In this document: piece by piece, positions 26,438 through 37,421 of the stretch | Layout: each line of letters begins with the position of its first letter | Position numbering within the stretch: the first letter of the stretch is position 1 | Assembly: GCA_051942245.1 (NCBI GenBank) | Contig: JAVECL010000073.1 | Span: 1-62,382, forward strand | Source of the DNA: Trypethelium eluteriae | Taxonomy: Eukaryota | Direction: 5' to 3' | Length of the DNA: 62,382 nucleotides | The notes under the pieces: generated by a model | The model's database searches: none | Seen by the model: only the letters and a program-made list of their open reading frames with translations | What the model was told of the DNA's origin: nothing | Translations under genes and position numbers: made by a program

Positions 26438-27434
26438 ATGCCTGCCGCGCCTTACATTCCCTATCGTCTTGATGGCAAGGTAGCCCTTGTAACGGGCTCT
26501 GGCCGAGGGATTGGTGCTGCCATGGCCACAGAGCTCGGCAGCCTCGGAGCCAAAGTCGTCGTCAACTACGCAAACTCTGTCGACTCTGCAGAGAAAACCG
26601 TCGCTAAGATCAGGGGTCTTGGTACTGATGCGATAGCTTTCAGGGCGGATATTCGACAGGTACCTCAGATTGTCGAGCTGATGAATAACGCGGTATCATA
26701 CTTTGGCGGACTGGACATCGTGTGCAGCAATTCGGGCGTGGTTAGCTTTGGACATCTTGGTGATGTGACTGAAGTAAGACTTAGTCTCCTTATTTGAAGT
26801 CAGGGGTTTTGACTTGACATGCAAAATCGTCGAGGAGAGAGTCAAATAGCATTATAGCCGACGCTTATGTCCGCCTACCTTACATATCGCAGACCAAACT
26901 AATCGCGTACAGGAAGAATTCGACCGCGTTTTCAGTATAAACACACGCGGGCAATTCTTCGTTGCCCGCGAAGCGTATCGTCACCTCAACGTTGGAGGGC
27001 GCATTATCCTGATGTCGTCCAACACGGCGAGAGATTTTACCGTACCAAAGCATGCGCTGTATGCGGGTTCGAAGGGCGCCATTGACTCGTTTGTGCGTGT
27101 CTTCTCTAAAGACTGCGGTCACAAGAAGATCACAGTCAACGCCGTCGCGCCCGGCGGTACTGTCACCGACATGTTCCACGCGGTTTCGGAGCACTATATT
27201 CCAAATGGCGAGAAGTACACTACTGAAGAGCGGCAGCAGGTGGGTCGCCTGTTCTGAGTATAGCATTCAGTAAACAAGGAAAATATTGACTCTCAATAGA
27301 TGGCTGCGCATGCATCACCGTTAGTCCGTAACGGATTCCCCATTGACATTGCACGGGTAGTTTGCTTCCTTGCTAGCAAGGAGGGTGAATGGATTAATGG
27401 GAAAATCTTGACGCTTGACGGCGGAGCAGCATAG
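26438..27434 (+). CDS. mdpC: Short-chain anthrahydroquinone reductase (MdpC/AflM(Ver-1)/NsrJ type)
   Basis: Three exons. [43 protein letters not shown], YxxxK (YAGSK), [11 protein letters not shown] and [15 protein letters not shown]. Confidence 0.92.
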
Positions 27435-27501
27435 ATCGGTTATCGAATATCTATAAGTTCCTCCTGAAAATACTCTATGGTGCGGAAATTTGGGTCAGCT
27501 A

Positions 27502-27621
27502 CGTCGGTACCAAAAACTCGGTGGCTCTACCCGGGCTATGGAGGACTACATACGGAGTACTTGATGATCTCTGAAATTAAGGAGGTGAAACCCCTACTGC
27601 AATTACTATAGAATACCCAAT
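27502..27621. repeat. Copy 1 of a short dispersed repeat (shared with about 35950-36049)
   Basis: Identical 18-mer TGAAATTAAGGAGGTGAA at 27572 and 35972, each followed by CCCT..TGC and ATACCCAAT. ACGT.GGTACCAAAAAC also occurs at both loci. Confidence 0.7.
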
Positions 27622-28189
27622 CAGGCAATTAGGCCTTGGCAATGAGGCTAAGCCAATGGTAGAACGCCGTGATGTGCACGTGACTGTCAAACCCCTCTAC
27701 TTGGACCTTCGACTTCGATTTCTCGCTCATTTTGTGCTCTTTCGTTGATAAAAAACAGAGCTAATCAACTTCAGCAATGATGATTTCAGGCACGAAAGTC
27801 ATTTCTGAGGCGGGAAATGGAGAGATCCAACCGTTCTCATCCGGGACATTAGATTTATCCCGACACCCCTGATCTCGGGTCATATAGTGCGTCGTACATT
27901 TTACCTTCCGACTTGAATTTGACTGGTATTATGACCCATTGAAAGAGTGGATTCTTGAGGGAAAGCGGGAGATAAGATTGACCCGATGATCGTGACCTAA
28001 ATCGAATACTCCTCGACCAAGAGCTCTAGCAATATGGCACCCATGAGAATGTGCAGGGTGGTTATTGACTCGGAGAGATTGGAATATCGTCAATGTTCAA
28101 GTTCTTCATAACTTTGGCTTCGTCTACTACGGTCACATAATTGTCTTATTTGTCCCTTCGCAGAGACATTCGTGATCACAGGTGCCAAG

Positions 28190-28695
28190 ATGCCTTCAGC
28201 GGCTGAGAATCAAGGGGCAACGCTCGAGCAGTTCATAGCTGGATGGAAGAAGTTCACACCCGACGATTGGACGGCTACTTGGTCCGAAGATTGCATACAA
28301 AAAATGCTGCCTTTCACATTGGGTGTTCCAGCTCGTTCACGAACCGAAGTTCAAGTCGTTTTACCGAAACTCATGGAGATTCTGACAAATTACGAGGTAA
28401 GCGATAAGTGGCTTTTCCCGATTTTATTCAATAGGTAAGCTTATGTCCTGGGTAGCTGGAAATTTGCGAAATCGTGCACGATGTCTCGAGGAGCAAGGCT
28501 GTCATCTATGCAACCTCGAAGGCCAACACGCCCTTTGGAGACTTCAAATGGACGAACGAATATGCCGTCTTTCTTTCATTCACTGTGGATGGGAAGCAGA
28601 TTAATAAGGTGGAAGAGATGGTGGATACGGCCTTTTATCGAGAGTTCTTCCCGAAGTTCCAAAGTTATTTGAGTGAACATGGGCCGTCTCATTGA
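28190..28695 (+). CDS. nsrQ: SnoaL/NTF2-like protein, NsrQ-type (tetrahydroxanthone-forming isomerase/cyclase family)
   Basis: Two exons give a ~148-aa NTF2-like protein: TLEQFIAGWKKFTPDDWTATWSEDCIQKMLPFTLG...IVHDVSRSKAVIYATSKANTPFGDFKWTNEYAVFLSF...EEMVDTAFYREFFPKF. The NsrQ assignment rests on remembered similarity plus cluster context. Confidence 0.75.
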
Positions 28696-29172
28696 ATAGC
28701 TTTAAGGTCAATGTCTGACTGTCTCTATGATCTACAATGCTGATCGACACGGTCCCTCTCCTTGGTTCACTACACTATGCCGTCTATCTCTGCAATCTCC
28801 GCTCATATACCTTCGTAAAACACTGTCCTTTGAGGAATACGCTGACGAGACGGGTATTAAGTTAGCAATAAATGAGCTGTAATCAGCAATGATATCGTCA
28901 TGATCACATGATGTTTGTTGTAGAGCTTCCTAGCAGGGTCTTCCGCGGAACCGAGCAGGCAAACTTCGGATTAAATCATTCTTCGGCTTAAAATTCAAAC
29001 ATGATCTATATATATTCGGACGTGACGTTCGGAAGACTGTTAAGGGTGTCTACATGGGTCCGATATTTTGCGCAGTATCTATAACGCTCTTTCAGCGATC
29101 TACTCATGCAAGAATTTACGTTTTATAGTCTCCTGACATCTAAGTCCAGACTCAGAGCCGTAGCACCCCAGA

Positions 29173-29955
29173 ATGGTTACCTACGCAGTTCTCGGTTCTA
29201 CCGGCAACTGCGGCACTGCGCTCATCCGAATTCTATCACAGCGCCCGGAAGCGAGAATACATGCCTACTGCCGCAACAAAACCAAGCTTTTGCAACTCTT
29301 TCCTGAACTCTTCTCAAGTCAGCAGGCAGAAATATTCGAGGGAAGCATTGAGGATGTCGACCTCCTTGCTTCCTGTGTACGCCATTGCCGCACAATTTTC
29401 ATGGTTGTTTCGACCAATGATAACATTCCCGGATGTCGTCTCAGCCAGGATACCGCTATTGGAGTAATCAGTGCGCTTCAAAGCTCTAGAAAGCTCAAAG
29501 GGATACAGATGCCCAAGCTTGTCCTCCTCTCTTCAGCAACCATCGACGACCATTTCTCACGCCACCTGCCATATCTATTGCGGCAGATATTGCTTCGCTC
29601 GGCGTCTAACGTTTACAACGACTTGAGAAAGACGGAAGAGCTTCTCCGGGAGCAGGAAAGCTGGTTAACTACAATTTTCGTTAAACCAGGGGCGCTTTCT
29701 GTGGATGAGCAACGAGGGCATGCTTTGAGTCTGACTGAAGAGGAAAGTCCGATCTCCTATCTCGACCTTGCGGCTGCTATGGTAGAGGCTGCAGACGACC
29801 TGGAGGGACGCTATGATACGCGCAATGTTAGCGTGGTAAGTACGAATGGAAAAGCAAAATTTCCGTCTGGAACTCCTATGTGCATTCTGATGGGGCTTTT
29901 GAGCCATTTTGTTCCATTCATACACCCGTATTTGCCATCCACAGGTCCTGGTTGA
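29173..29955 (+). CDS. mdpK: NAD(P)H-dependent anthraquinone reductase (AflX/MdpK/GedF/NsrR type)
   Basis: 260-aa [61 protein letters not shown] and [14 protein letters not shown]. Confidence 0.88.
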   Translation: MVTYAVLGSTGNCGTALIRILSQRPEARIHAYCRNKTKLLQLFPELFSSQQAEIFEGSIEDVDLLASCVRHCRTIFMVVSTNDNIPGCRLSQDTAIGVISALQSSRKLKGIQMPKLVLLSSATIDDHFSRHLPYLLRQILLRSASNVYNDLRKTEELLREQESWLTTIFVKPGALSVDEQRGHALSLTEEESPISYLDLAAAMVEAADDLEGRYDTRNVSVVSTNGKAKFPSGTPMCILMGLLSHFVPFIHPYLPSTGPG

Positions 29956-30746
29956 GTTATATAGCGCGAGATGGATGTTATTTTAATTCCCTTTTAAGAT
30001 ACAGACCTTGCTTTACTGTAGTCCTACATAGTCTTAGAGTAGGGATACAAGAGAGACAATACTTATGGGCTGACGCCGACTATGATTGCCGAATGATAAG
30101 TCGTAAAAGCTGAAGACGTTCCGGGATTGACTAGTCGAGAAATTCCTACACACTCAAATTCGAAACGACCGCCGAGTCCATACATCTTCATCGACCTCCC
30201 GGACGGCCAGGTCACCTTCATCTCCTCGGTGATCAATACCGAGGCAGAAACTTATCTACTGGGTATGAGCCAACTATCAAATACTACGTCTGCGAGTTAC
30301 CTGACCTCTTAGGTCACATACAATGTTCTGGCACAGAGTGCTTAGATGAGTGATTGGTACAAATCTCTAAGCGTTGTCGACGCGCGTAGAGTACAACCAA
30401 GTGCCTAGACTGTTCAGCCGAAGACGTCTTTCCATCAACAGCCACGGCCCCACGAAGGTATACTTAGCGATAAGTAATAACATCTTGAAGTAATTTGCTG
30501 TGCTGTCAGAGACATTACAATAGTGTAGATTAGTGTCTTAATTTCCTGGATTTTTAGAAAGTGTCAACATCGTATCAGGAGCAGTAGCTGGGTTTCAATG
30601 CATGGCGTTTCGAGACAATACAACTTAATTCAATTAGAGTTTGAGATTCTGATAGCGATCTGGAATGAGATTTCGCCTTCCATCTTGTATGATCCATAAG
30701 GTCGATTTCATTTGGTATCACATCCAAAGCTTCCGCGATGGAAATA

Positions 30747-31661
30747 TCAACGTCGCGTTGCCAAGATGACTTTCGCAGGCCAACACCCCCGAACTCGCCT
30801 GCCATCCCCCAGCAGGGTCTCAAGTTCTTGAAACAGCTTTGTAAATGCTCCGAGATTCCCTGAAATAAATGGAAATGAGCACATGTGCTCCTTAACGCCA
30901 TTTAGGTCCGTCTCGAAGCTCCATCCAGCTTCGTCCTCGAAGATTTCAACGTCACATGATCCAGTATGTCTGGGCTCTGTATTTCTATAGGCCTCTTCTG
31001 GTGGCAAGAGTCCGATTATACCACCCTTTTTCATGTTCAAATGCACGCGCTCCGCCCCGGGTAAAAAGAATTCAGGATCTAGCGGAGCTACGTTGCCATC
31101 CTTAGTTCTTGCCATAATTCTGATGGTCTGCTCAGGCTGATCTGTGTTTTTCAAAAGCTCGCGGCCTCCTTGATGGCTGATACGTTGCCACAAGTCTTGC
31201 AGCCTGGTATCCTCGAAGCAAGCAGGTCCAAATGTACCACAGACGAAAGTGCCGCCAGGCTTCAATTGTCTTGCAATGGCACCCATGGCCGCTTTCTGGT
31301 CAGGAAAATGCATCACATTTGTTGCAAAGATCATGTCCACGCTGGCTGCAGCGATGTCGTCTGCCTCCTCCACCTTGGCTGTACGGTAGCTGAATCCATC
31401 AGTACCTAGACGTTCCTGGGCAAGCTCGACGTTCGTAGCAACGATGTCCGAGACAATAACATGTGCAAACCTGGACCGAAGTTTTTGGGCATAGGGGCCA
31501 TTTCCAGCACCTACGTCATGGCTCGTGCCAAAGGTGCCACCATGAGCTTGATGGTAGTCGAAAATGCGGTCGAACAAAGCATCTGGAGCCTGTGGTCGGC
31601 CCTTGAGGTAGTTGTTCCAGAACTTCGTGTCTTGAGCAAAAATTGTACCGTTTGAATTCAT
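30747..31661 (-). CDS. gedG: SAM-dependent methyltransferase (GedG/NsrG-type, carboxyl methyl ester-forming)
   Basis: FWNNYLKGRP...FDRIFDYHQAHGG, SAM motif HDVGAGNG, VIVSDIV, FATNVMHF, QLKPGGTF and C-terminus WPAKVILATRR*. Confidence 0.82.
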   Translation of the reverse strand: MNSNGTIFAQDTKFWNNYLKGRPQAPDALFDRIFDYHQAHGGTFGTSHDVGAGNGPYAQKLRSRFAHVIVSDIVATNVELAQERLGTDGFSYRTAKVEEADDIAAASVDMIFATNVMHFPDQKAAMGAIARQLKPGGTFVCGTFGPACFEDTRLQDLWQRISHQGGRELLKNTDQPEQTIRIMARTKDGNVAPLDPEFFLPGAERVHLNMKKGGIIGLLPPEEAYRNTEPRHTGSCDVEIFEDEAGWSFETDLNGVKEHMCSFPFISGNLGAFTKLFQELETLLGDGRRVRGCWPAKVILATRR

Positions 31662-32147
31662 GACATGCGACAACTACCTGCTGGAGAATAGATCGTATTG
31701 CGGGCGAGGGTACGTGGAACCAGATGAGGGTCTCCTGCTGTTAGCGGATTTTGGTTTCGTATCACCCGGTAAGCTCAGGTCTAGTATCACACCTTGCCCC
31801 TCCTGCGAAGGAAAATCATGAGCCATTTCTAGGTCGAACTAGCTTGGTCGTCCTGCAAGCACGGTATCTCCGGTGTTGTATTGGCATAATGTTGTAGAGT
31901 ATCTGAGTAGCCCCCACAACAATCGCCGCCTCGTGTCGGGGTAATGCAAGGTCCAACCACTGGTGTTGTATCAATTTGACCGAGCCGTTGCTGCATTAGA
32001 TTTCGGTATACTCCATGAGATGATATGCTTCAACATCCTTGCATAAGCCGTCCGCGCTAGAAATCTTTCATAGATTTAGATGGAACGATAGGCCATACAT
32101 AGTAGAAAGATGATGATGACCTGCTATTTTGGTAATGGTCATATAAG

Positions 32148-33571
32148 TTACAGCTCCATGATATCGTCGGCGTCTCCATAAACTTGGTATTTGACTACCA
32201 AAGCGACGACAAGATTGTTGCGAGAACACAGCTTGTTCACCACGACTAATCTTCCCATGCTGTCTCGGACCGCGTCTATCAGTTCGAGCAGCTCGAGCAT
32301 TTCCATCTCGTTCTCGTTGGCGAGTTGGCGGAGGGTCAGGGACCGCGAACGGGCAATCGCCTCGATTTCCGGGTTGGGGAGGGTGCCTGGCTTTGGAAGG
32401 AGGCGCGCTGTCAATACTAGCAGCAAGCCATTGTTTGACCGAAGGACGCTCAGATGCGCTTGCAGCTCCGAAAGAGTGCCATTTGCACCTGCGCTAGTTA
32501 AGGGTGATGATGACGCTAACGGCAGGTGAAGAATGTAGATGGCGGCGTCAGTAGCGGTTTGCCGTGTTCCCACGGCACGGTTGGTTACCGTAACGCGGGG
32601 GTTGAGGTCCGGCCCGTGATCCGTATAGTTGCTGCTAGTGTCTAAACGGTTCTGCTTCAGCAGTAAAAGCGCCGCTGCCGAAGCTGGTTTCGGATCACTA
32701 ATTTGAACAAGGATGTGGAAGTTGGAATATAGATCTGCAAGTTTTCGTGCCATCGTCGTTGACTGAGCGCCCACCTGTCATCAGATCAGCCGCTGGCCAA
32801 ATAGTCTGCAGGATTTACCGCAAAAAATTTCACAGCAATAAGCAAAGTTTTGTCTTGGAAATGCATTACCTCAACTATGCGCGTGTATGCAATGCTGATA
32901 TTGGGCGAATCCCAGTTCAGCTGCGCGAAAATGTCGGCGACGTTTTCCGAGGCCGCATGCAAGCCTCCTGCATAGTGGAGGTAGGCGGACCATTGACGGC
33001 TCAACTTAGGCCGCTCATCGCGGGCCGTGTGGAATGGCTTGTTCGTATTCAGAGCCAGGTTGTAGGCGCTCTCGTCGGAGCGCTGTGAGTCTCCGAAACG
33101 CTGGGTAGCTAAGGCCATTGACAAGGCAGCCGGCGCCACAGACTCTGCGAGGAACATTGCGGCATCGAGGAGCGCGGGATTGGTCACAAATTGCGCCGAT
33201 AAGGGTGTGTGGGCCACATAGTCGGGCTGCAACTCGTGCAGAAATCCGGATGTCGCCATGAGACGAATTATACGAGCGAGTAGAGTCTTTGGAACGCCTG
33301 ATAGATCTGCAACATCTTTGATGGGAACGCTTCCAGCCAGAGGTATACAGGCCAAGATTTGGAACTCGCCAAGCCAGCGCAGGCAACCGAGTACTTCGCT
33401 CTGAGATGATCAGCTTCAGGAGTTCCTTGAAGATGCGAGGAACTGATTAAGTAGTAAGAAAGGGGTGCCAACCTGGCTCGCGAGGTGTTGAAGGAAGTCG
33501 GTTGGCTCTCGAACGGGCGTGTCAAGGCTGTTGCTCTGGCCTCCCAATGGGATGGGGACCAAGCGATCCAT
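32148..33571 (-). CDS. aflS: AflS(AflJ)/MdpA-like transcriptional co-activator (O-methyltransferase-like fold)
   Basis: Three exons. EPTDFLQHLASQ|SEVLGCLRWLGEFQILACIPLAGSVPIKDVADLSGVP...AHTPLSAQFV...DAAMFLA and a degenerate SAM motif IVEVGAQS. Divergently paired with an AflR-like gene. Confidence 0.85.
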
Positions 33572-33586
33572 GTCGGGAAGACGGGG

Positions 33587-33661
33587 ACGGTCCGTAGATG
33601 GGAGATCTGTAGATGCGAGATCTGTCGATGGCAGACCTGTCGACGGGATATCTATACATAG
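33587..33661. repeat. 15-bp minisatellite, about 5 degenerate units, just upstream of the AflS-like ATG
   Basis: acggtccgtagatgg / gagatctgtagatgc / gagatctgtcgatgg / cagacctgtcgacgg / gatatctatacatag. Confidence 0.8.
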
Positions 33662-34320
33662 GAAGAGTATAAAATTGCGGAGGTCTGTTCATTCGTGAAG
33701 CCATTTGGGTTGAAGTCATGACGTACAAACTTGCCGTGGCGGTATCCAATAACGCAAAAGGAGATCGAAAGGTGGGAGAAGCACAGCATAACTCCCCAAA
33801 ACGCCACAGGAGGGCATGCAGAAGGGAAATGCACTCAAGCTGTGGTGGCACTAGATTAGTAGATTTCAAATCATCTAGGAGTAGGAGATGTAGGAGAGGG
33901 TGCGATGAGAACGAGTGACTTTGTGGCTGACGGCCCCACTTCGAGTATGTAACGATACTCCATTTATGCGCGTCATCCGATGTTATTCAGATATTCAATG
34001 TTGCGTGCTGGAGTACTGATAAGAGTTTATGCAATGGCAACGAGGTATCTGTTTAGTGTCTTCACCTAGCCTGATCCCGGAAACCCACGGCGCTTTCAAC
34101 TTTCATTCAGTCATCGTAGTCGCCCTCTCGATCATGTTTGAATCATTTCCGGCTCTCGGGTTACCCTAGCTCTCTAAACCAGTGCGGGCGAGAAACCATC
34201 CAGACTAGGAGAGTAGGAAGAGAGTTCGAGAATCTACGAATTGTTAAGAATCCTTTGTACCTACATTATGGCCATGCTATTTTAGCATTACCATGAGCCA
34301 CGTGGGAGTTACAATTCACC

Positions 34321-35628
34321 ATGCAACGTCCAGGCTCCCGAACCCAATATTTCCATGGAACTGGATCACCCCGGACTGGAAGTACAACGAATAAGTTACG
34401 AGACAGTTGCCATGCTTGTGCCTTGTCCAAGGTTAAATGCGCCAAGGAGAAACCAACTTGTGCTCGATGCGCCAAGCGTGGCATTGAGTGTGAGTACTTT
34501 ATTACCAAACGACCGGGGCGCAAGCGTGAAAACCGCCAGGCCAACAATAACGGAAAGACTCGCGATACGACTAAAACACATACCACGTCATCCGAGAGCA
34601 ATGACTATCTGACCCCTCCAGACCACGACCCAAGCTCCGCTAGACCAGGCAGCTCCTCTGGGGCTGAGTGCTATGGCAGTTTAACGCCGCTCGAGCCCAG
34701 CCTCGCCTCAGTGCTTGAGGGCATAAACAACGATTTCGATGACTTTCTTACATCACCTGTAGATTCTTTTGATCTGGAACCTTTCGACCCTAATGACTCC
34801 ACTCCAGGGCCTAATGAGGTTGCGAAGCTTCTTCTGTCTGGAGCCACCGATCCCGACCCGATTTCAGAAACATCCATGAATGGCCATCTAAACACATACA
34901 ACACATCTTTACATTCCTTGACGAGCCAGTCGTTATTAGATAGCAACACGGGTGTGGGCGAAGCGTCGGACTCGACCTGTCGTTGTCTAATGCAAGCACT
35001 GGATCTTATGAAGAAGCTGTCCTCAACCAAGACGTCATGCGGCGTTCAGTCCAACAGACCGGGCACTGCTGGCGTACCTTCAGCCGAAACTATCGTCCTG
35101 GAGAACAAGCAGACCCTCGAAGCTATCACCGACATGCTCCGATGCTCTTGTGCGGAAGACAGCTACTTGCTGACGTTCTTGTCGATGATCATTTTCAAGA
35201 TACTGGGCCGATATGCAGCAGCGGCGCCCAAACAACAGGGAGAAGAAATCGAAGAGGTTAACAAGCACAATGGGAATACATCCACGAGAAGGCAGCCGCG
35301 GCCGGCCGGTAGCCATTCTCTTGGTGAAGACGGTGTTAGACGTATGTCAGCTCAATTGATCCTCAGTGAGCTCCATCGTGTGCAAAATTGTGTCAATCAG
35401 CTCTCGCCACGACTCAATTCCGGTGAAATGGGAGAAGTATCGAGCAAGAGATTGAGGAGTCCAGACAGAGAAGTTCCGGGAAGGGAGCGCTCCTGTTTTC
35501 CACTTGCAAATGACGACACTAGCGTAACCCCTTTTCCCACGACCGTTTTGGACCACCTGGGAATTGGTCTGCGCCAATCTCTCAGTATGCTATCATCATA
35601 CATCATAGACGTTTTACGACAAAGTTAG
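34321..35628 (+). CDS. aflR: Zn(II)2Cys6 pathway-specific transcription factor, AflR/MdpE type
   Basis: KLRDSCHACALSKVKCAKEKPTCARCAKRGIECEY zinc cluster, plus an AflR-domain region (CRCLMQALDLMKKL...ENKQTLEAITDMLRCSCAEDSYLL...AQLILSELHRVQ). Confidence 0.92.
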   Translation: MQRPGSRTQYFHGTGSPRTGSTTNKLRDSCHACALSKVKCAKEKPTCARCAKRGIECEYFITKRPGRKRENRQANNNGKTRDTTKTHTTSSESNDYLTPPDHDPSSARPGSSSGAECYGSLTPLEPSLASVLEGINNDFDDFLTSPVDSFDLEPFDPNDSTPGPNEVAKLLLSGATDPDPISETSMNGHLNTYNTSLHSLTSQSLLDSNTGVGEASDSTCRCLMQALDLMKKLSSTKTSCGVQSNRPGTAGVPSAETIVLENKQTLEAITDMLRCSCAEDSYLLTFLSMIIFKILGRYAAAAPKQQGEEIEEVNKHNGNTSTRRQPRPAGSHSLGEDGVRRMSAQLILSELHRVQNCVNQLSPRLNSGEMGEVSSKRLRSPDREVPGRERSCFPLANDDTSVTPFPTTVLDHLGIGLRQSLSMLSSYIIDVLRQS

Positions 35629-35949
35629 CAGCCGGCAGATAGTCTATAGAATCAATTCCACCTTGTTATTCGTAATATTGTAATTCCCAACTCTACAAGC
35701 TGCAGATACTCAGCGAATTTTAAATACATATTTGTAATAACCCTGTTAAACAGGGTTCAATACCCGATACCGAACTCAGTGACGGATTAAGCATCGAGAT
35801 CGAGGGCATTGACATTAGGTATGAATCAAGAAGCGTACTCGTGATTTCCTCAAACTCCAACATTCGACGTGTATTCTTTGCATGTGAAACTTTGAGTCAT
35901 TGCGTCAGAGCAAATACAGTACTCTGTAGATCTTTCTAGGGTGCTAGGA

Positions 35950-36049
35950 TATGGAGCATGCCAGCCCTGGATGAAATTAAGGAGGTGAAGTCCCTGTTGC
36001 CGTTCATACCCAATTTAGTTAGGTATCCAACCACGTGGGTACCAAAAAC
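35950..36049. repeat. Copy 2 of the short dispersed repeat
   Basis: TGAAATTAAGGAGGTGAA (35972-35989), ATACCCAAT and GGTACCAAAAAC (36038-36049), all shared with 27502-27621. Confidence 0.7.
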
Positions 36050-36288
36050 ACTTCGCACACGTAAGTTAGACCCGCGTTATACCACACAAGTACCTTTTGT
36101 AGATGTATGTTAATATTTGTATACTGTGTAATTAAGGTATTAGTGTGTAGAGTAAAGTTTTTCAGGGCCCGCGCGGCTAGCCTCGGCGATGCTTGTGAGG
36201 CTGCGGCAAGGGCTAGAAGCGACCAAATTCGAACTTGAGAGACTCATGCCTAGCCTCGGGCTCGACATTCAAATGTTCAGCAACATCA

Positions 36289-36660
36289 ATGGACAACAGC
36301 GAATAAGAACTTCTAGCCTTTTTCACCTTCTCCAACGCCAAGGAAATTATAGTCAGCGAACCACCTGATCTTCGCGATATCCTCGAACTCAACAAATGGA
36401 AGCCCAGAAACATCGTCCCTTTCTCTGCCAACGTTGAGTTCCTTTCCGAGCGTGAGTCCTGAGACCTATACCACGGTGCAAGAGGGCAGAAGCTTCTCAA
36501 CATTGTCAAAGATACAGGCAAGCCTCCTGAGAGTGCTGTCCATCTGAATCTGACTGACCATCGGGACGTCTCAATTAGGGATACATTGTACTTCTTACCA
36601 TTAACATCGGCGAGTCGGAGGATCTCAGCTTTCAATCCAATGTATCAGCAGTCAAGCTAG
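36289..36660 (+). pseudogene. Gene relic of unknown family inside the cluster
   Basis: Frame from ATG 36289: MDNSE*ELLAFFTFSNAKEIIVSEPPDLRDILELNKWKPRNIVPFSANVEFLSERES*DLYHGARGQKLLNIVKD... Stops are TAA (36304) and TGA (36460), each one C>T change from CAA/CGA. Confidence 0.45.
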
Positions 36661-37421
36661 AGCAGCGAGGAAAAATTGCTGAGGGAGAGAAAGTCTCTGA
36701 AGCACTTCAAACATAGCCGACCTGGCCTCTAGTACCTGGATCTGCTGCATGCGCTTGTAGGCCGCCATCAAAGGGCGAACAGTGGCAGAATCAATCGAAG
36801 ACTGTCTTCACCAGTCCATTGCTCGATAAAGAAGACGTACTAAATTTATCGAGCATACATAACACGCTACGTCTCCTCGAAAAGAAATATACAGTCATCT
36901 GAACTCCGAAACACAAGGAAACATGGATCAGCTAGAGCGGTACTAATTCCGCGACCTCAACACTTTCTGATCTCGTCCCTCAGGGATGCGGCTCTGGTAG
37001 ATATGATACATGTGACTGTCTAGAGCTGTCTAAGGTAAATGTGAAGGAACCGGTGGAGCACCGACGAGATCCATCTACCTGATGGGTACCACTTCTAGAA
37101 GGTCTTTCTCACGATATGCAAACATGATAAACTGTGACGAGTGTTTTCGATACACCTTATTCGACGTACCTGGTGACGCACTTCGGGAGATTATGCTATA
37201 GGGTTCGGGAATCGCGAGTTTGCATGCAATGCGGGTCCCCGGTTCAGCCATTGGCTCATAAATCTCTCATTTGTACGGATGACCTGCGTCGGAATAATTC
37301 CAAAATGCTATATTCCAAAGAGTCCTTTCTCCTCTATTAGCAAGGTGAATCCAAGGCAGACTCCTCTTAGACTAACAAATCTTGTCTCTCAATATCATTC
37401 AGCCTAGCGTCCCACAGACAA

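Noticed and set aside
25432..27434. DHN-melanin genes (scytalone dehydratase plus hydroxynaphthalene reductase)
   Set aside because: The short dehydratase, the Ver-1/MdpC-like reductase and the neighbouring MdpK/MdpL/AflR/AflS genes fit the anthraquinone deoxygenation pair better.
33587..33661. CRISPR-like array
   Set aside because: These are contiguous degenerate 15-bp units with no spacers, in a fungal genome: a minisatellite.
36213..36635. 140-aa minus-strand ORF in the ORF track
   Set aside because: It has no ATG start and reads like the antisense shadow of the plus-strand relic.
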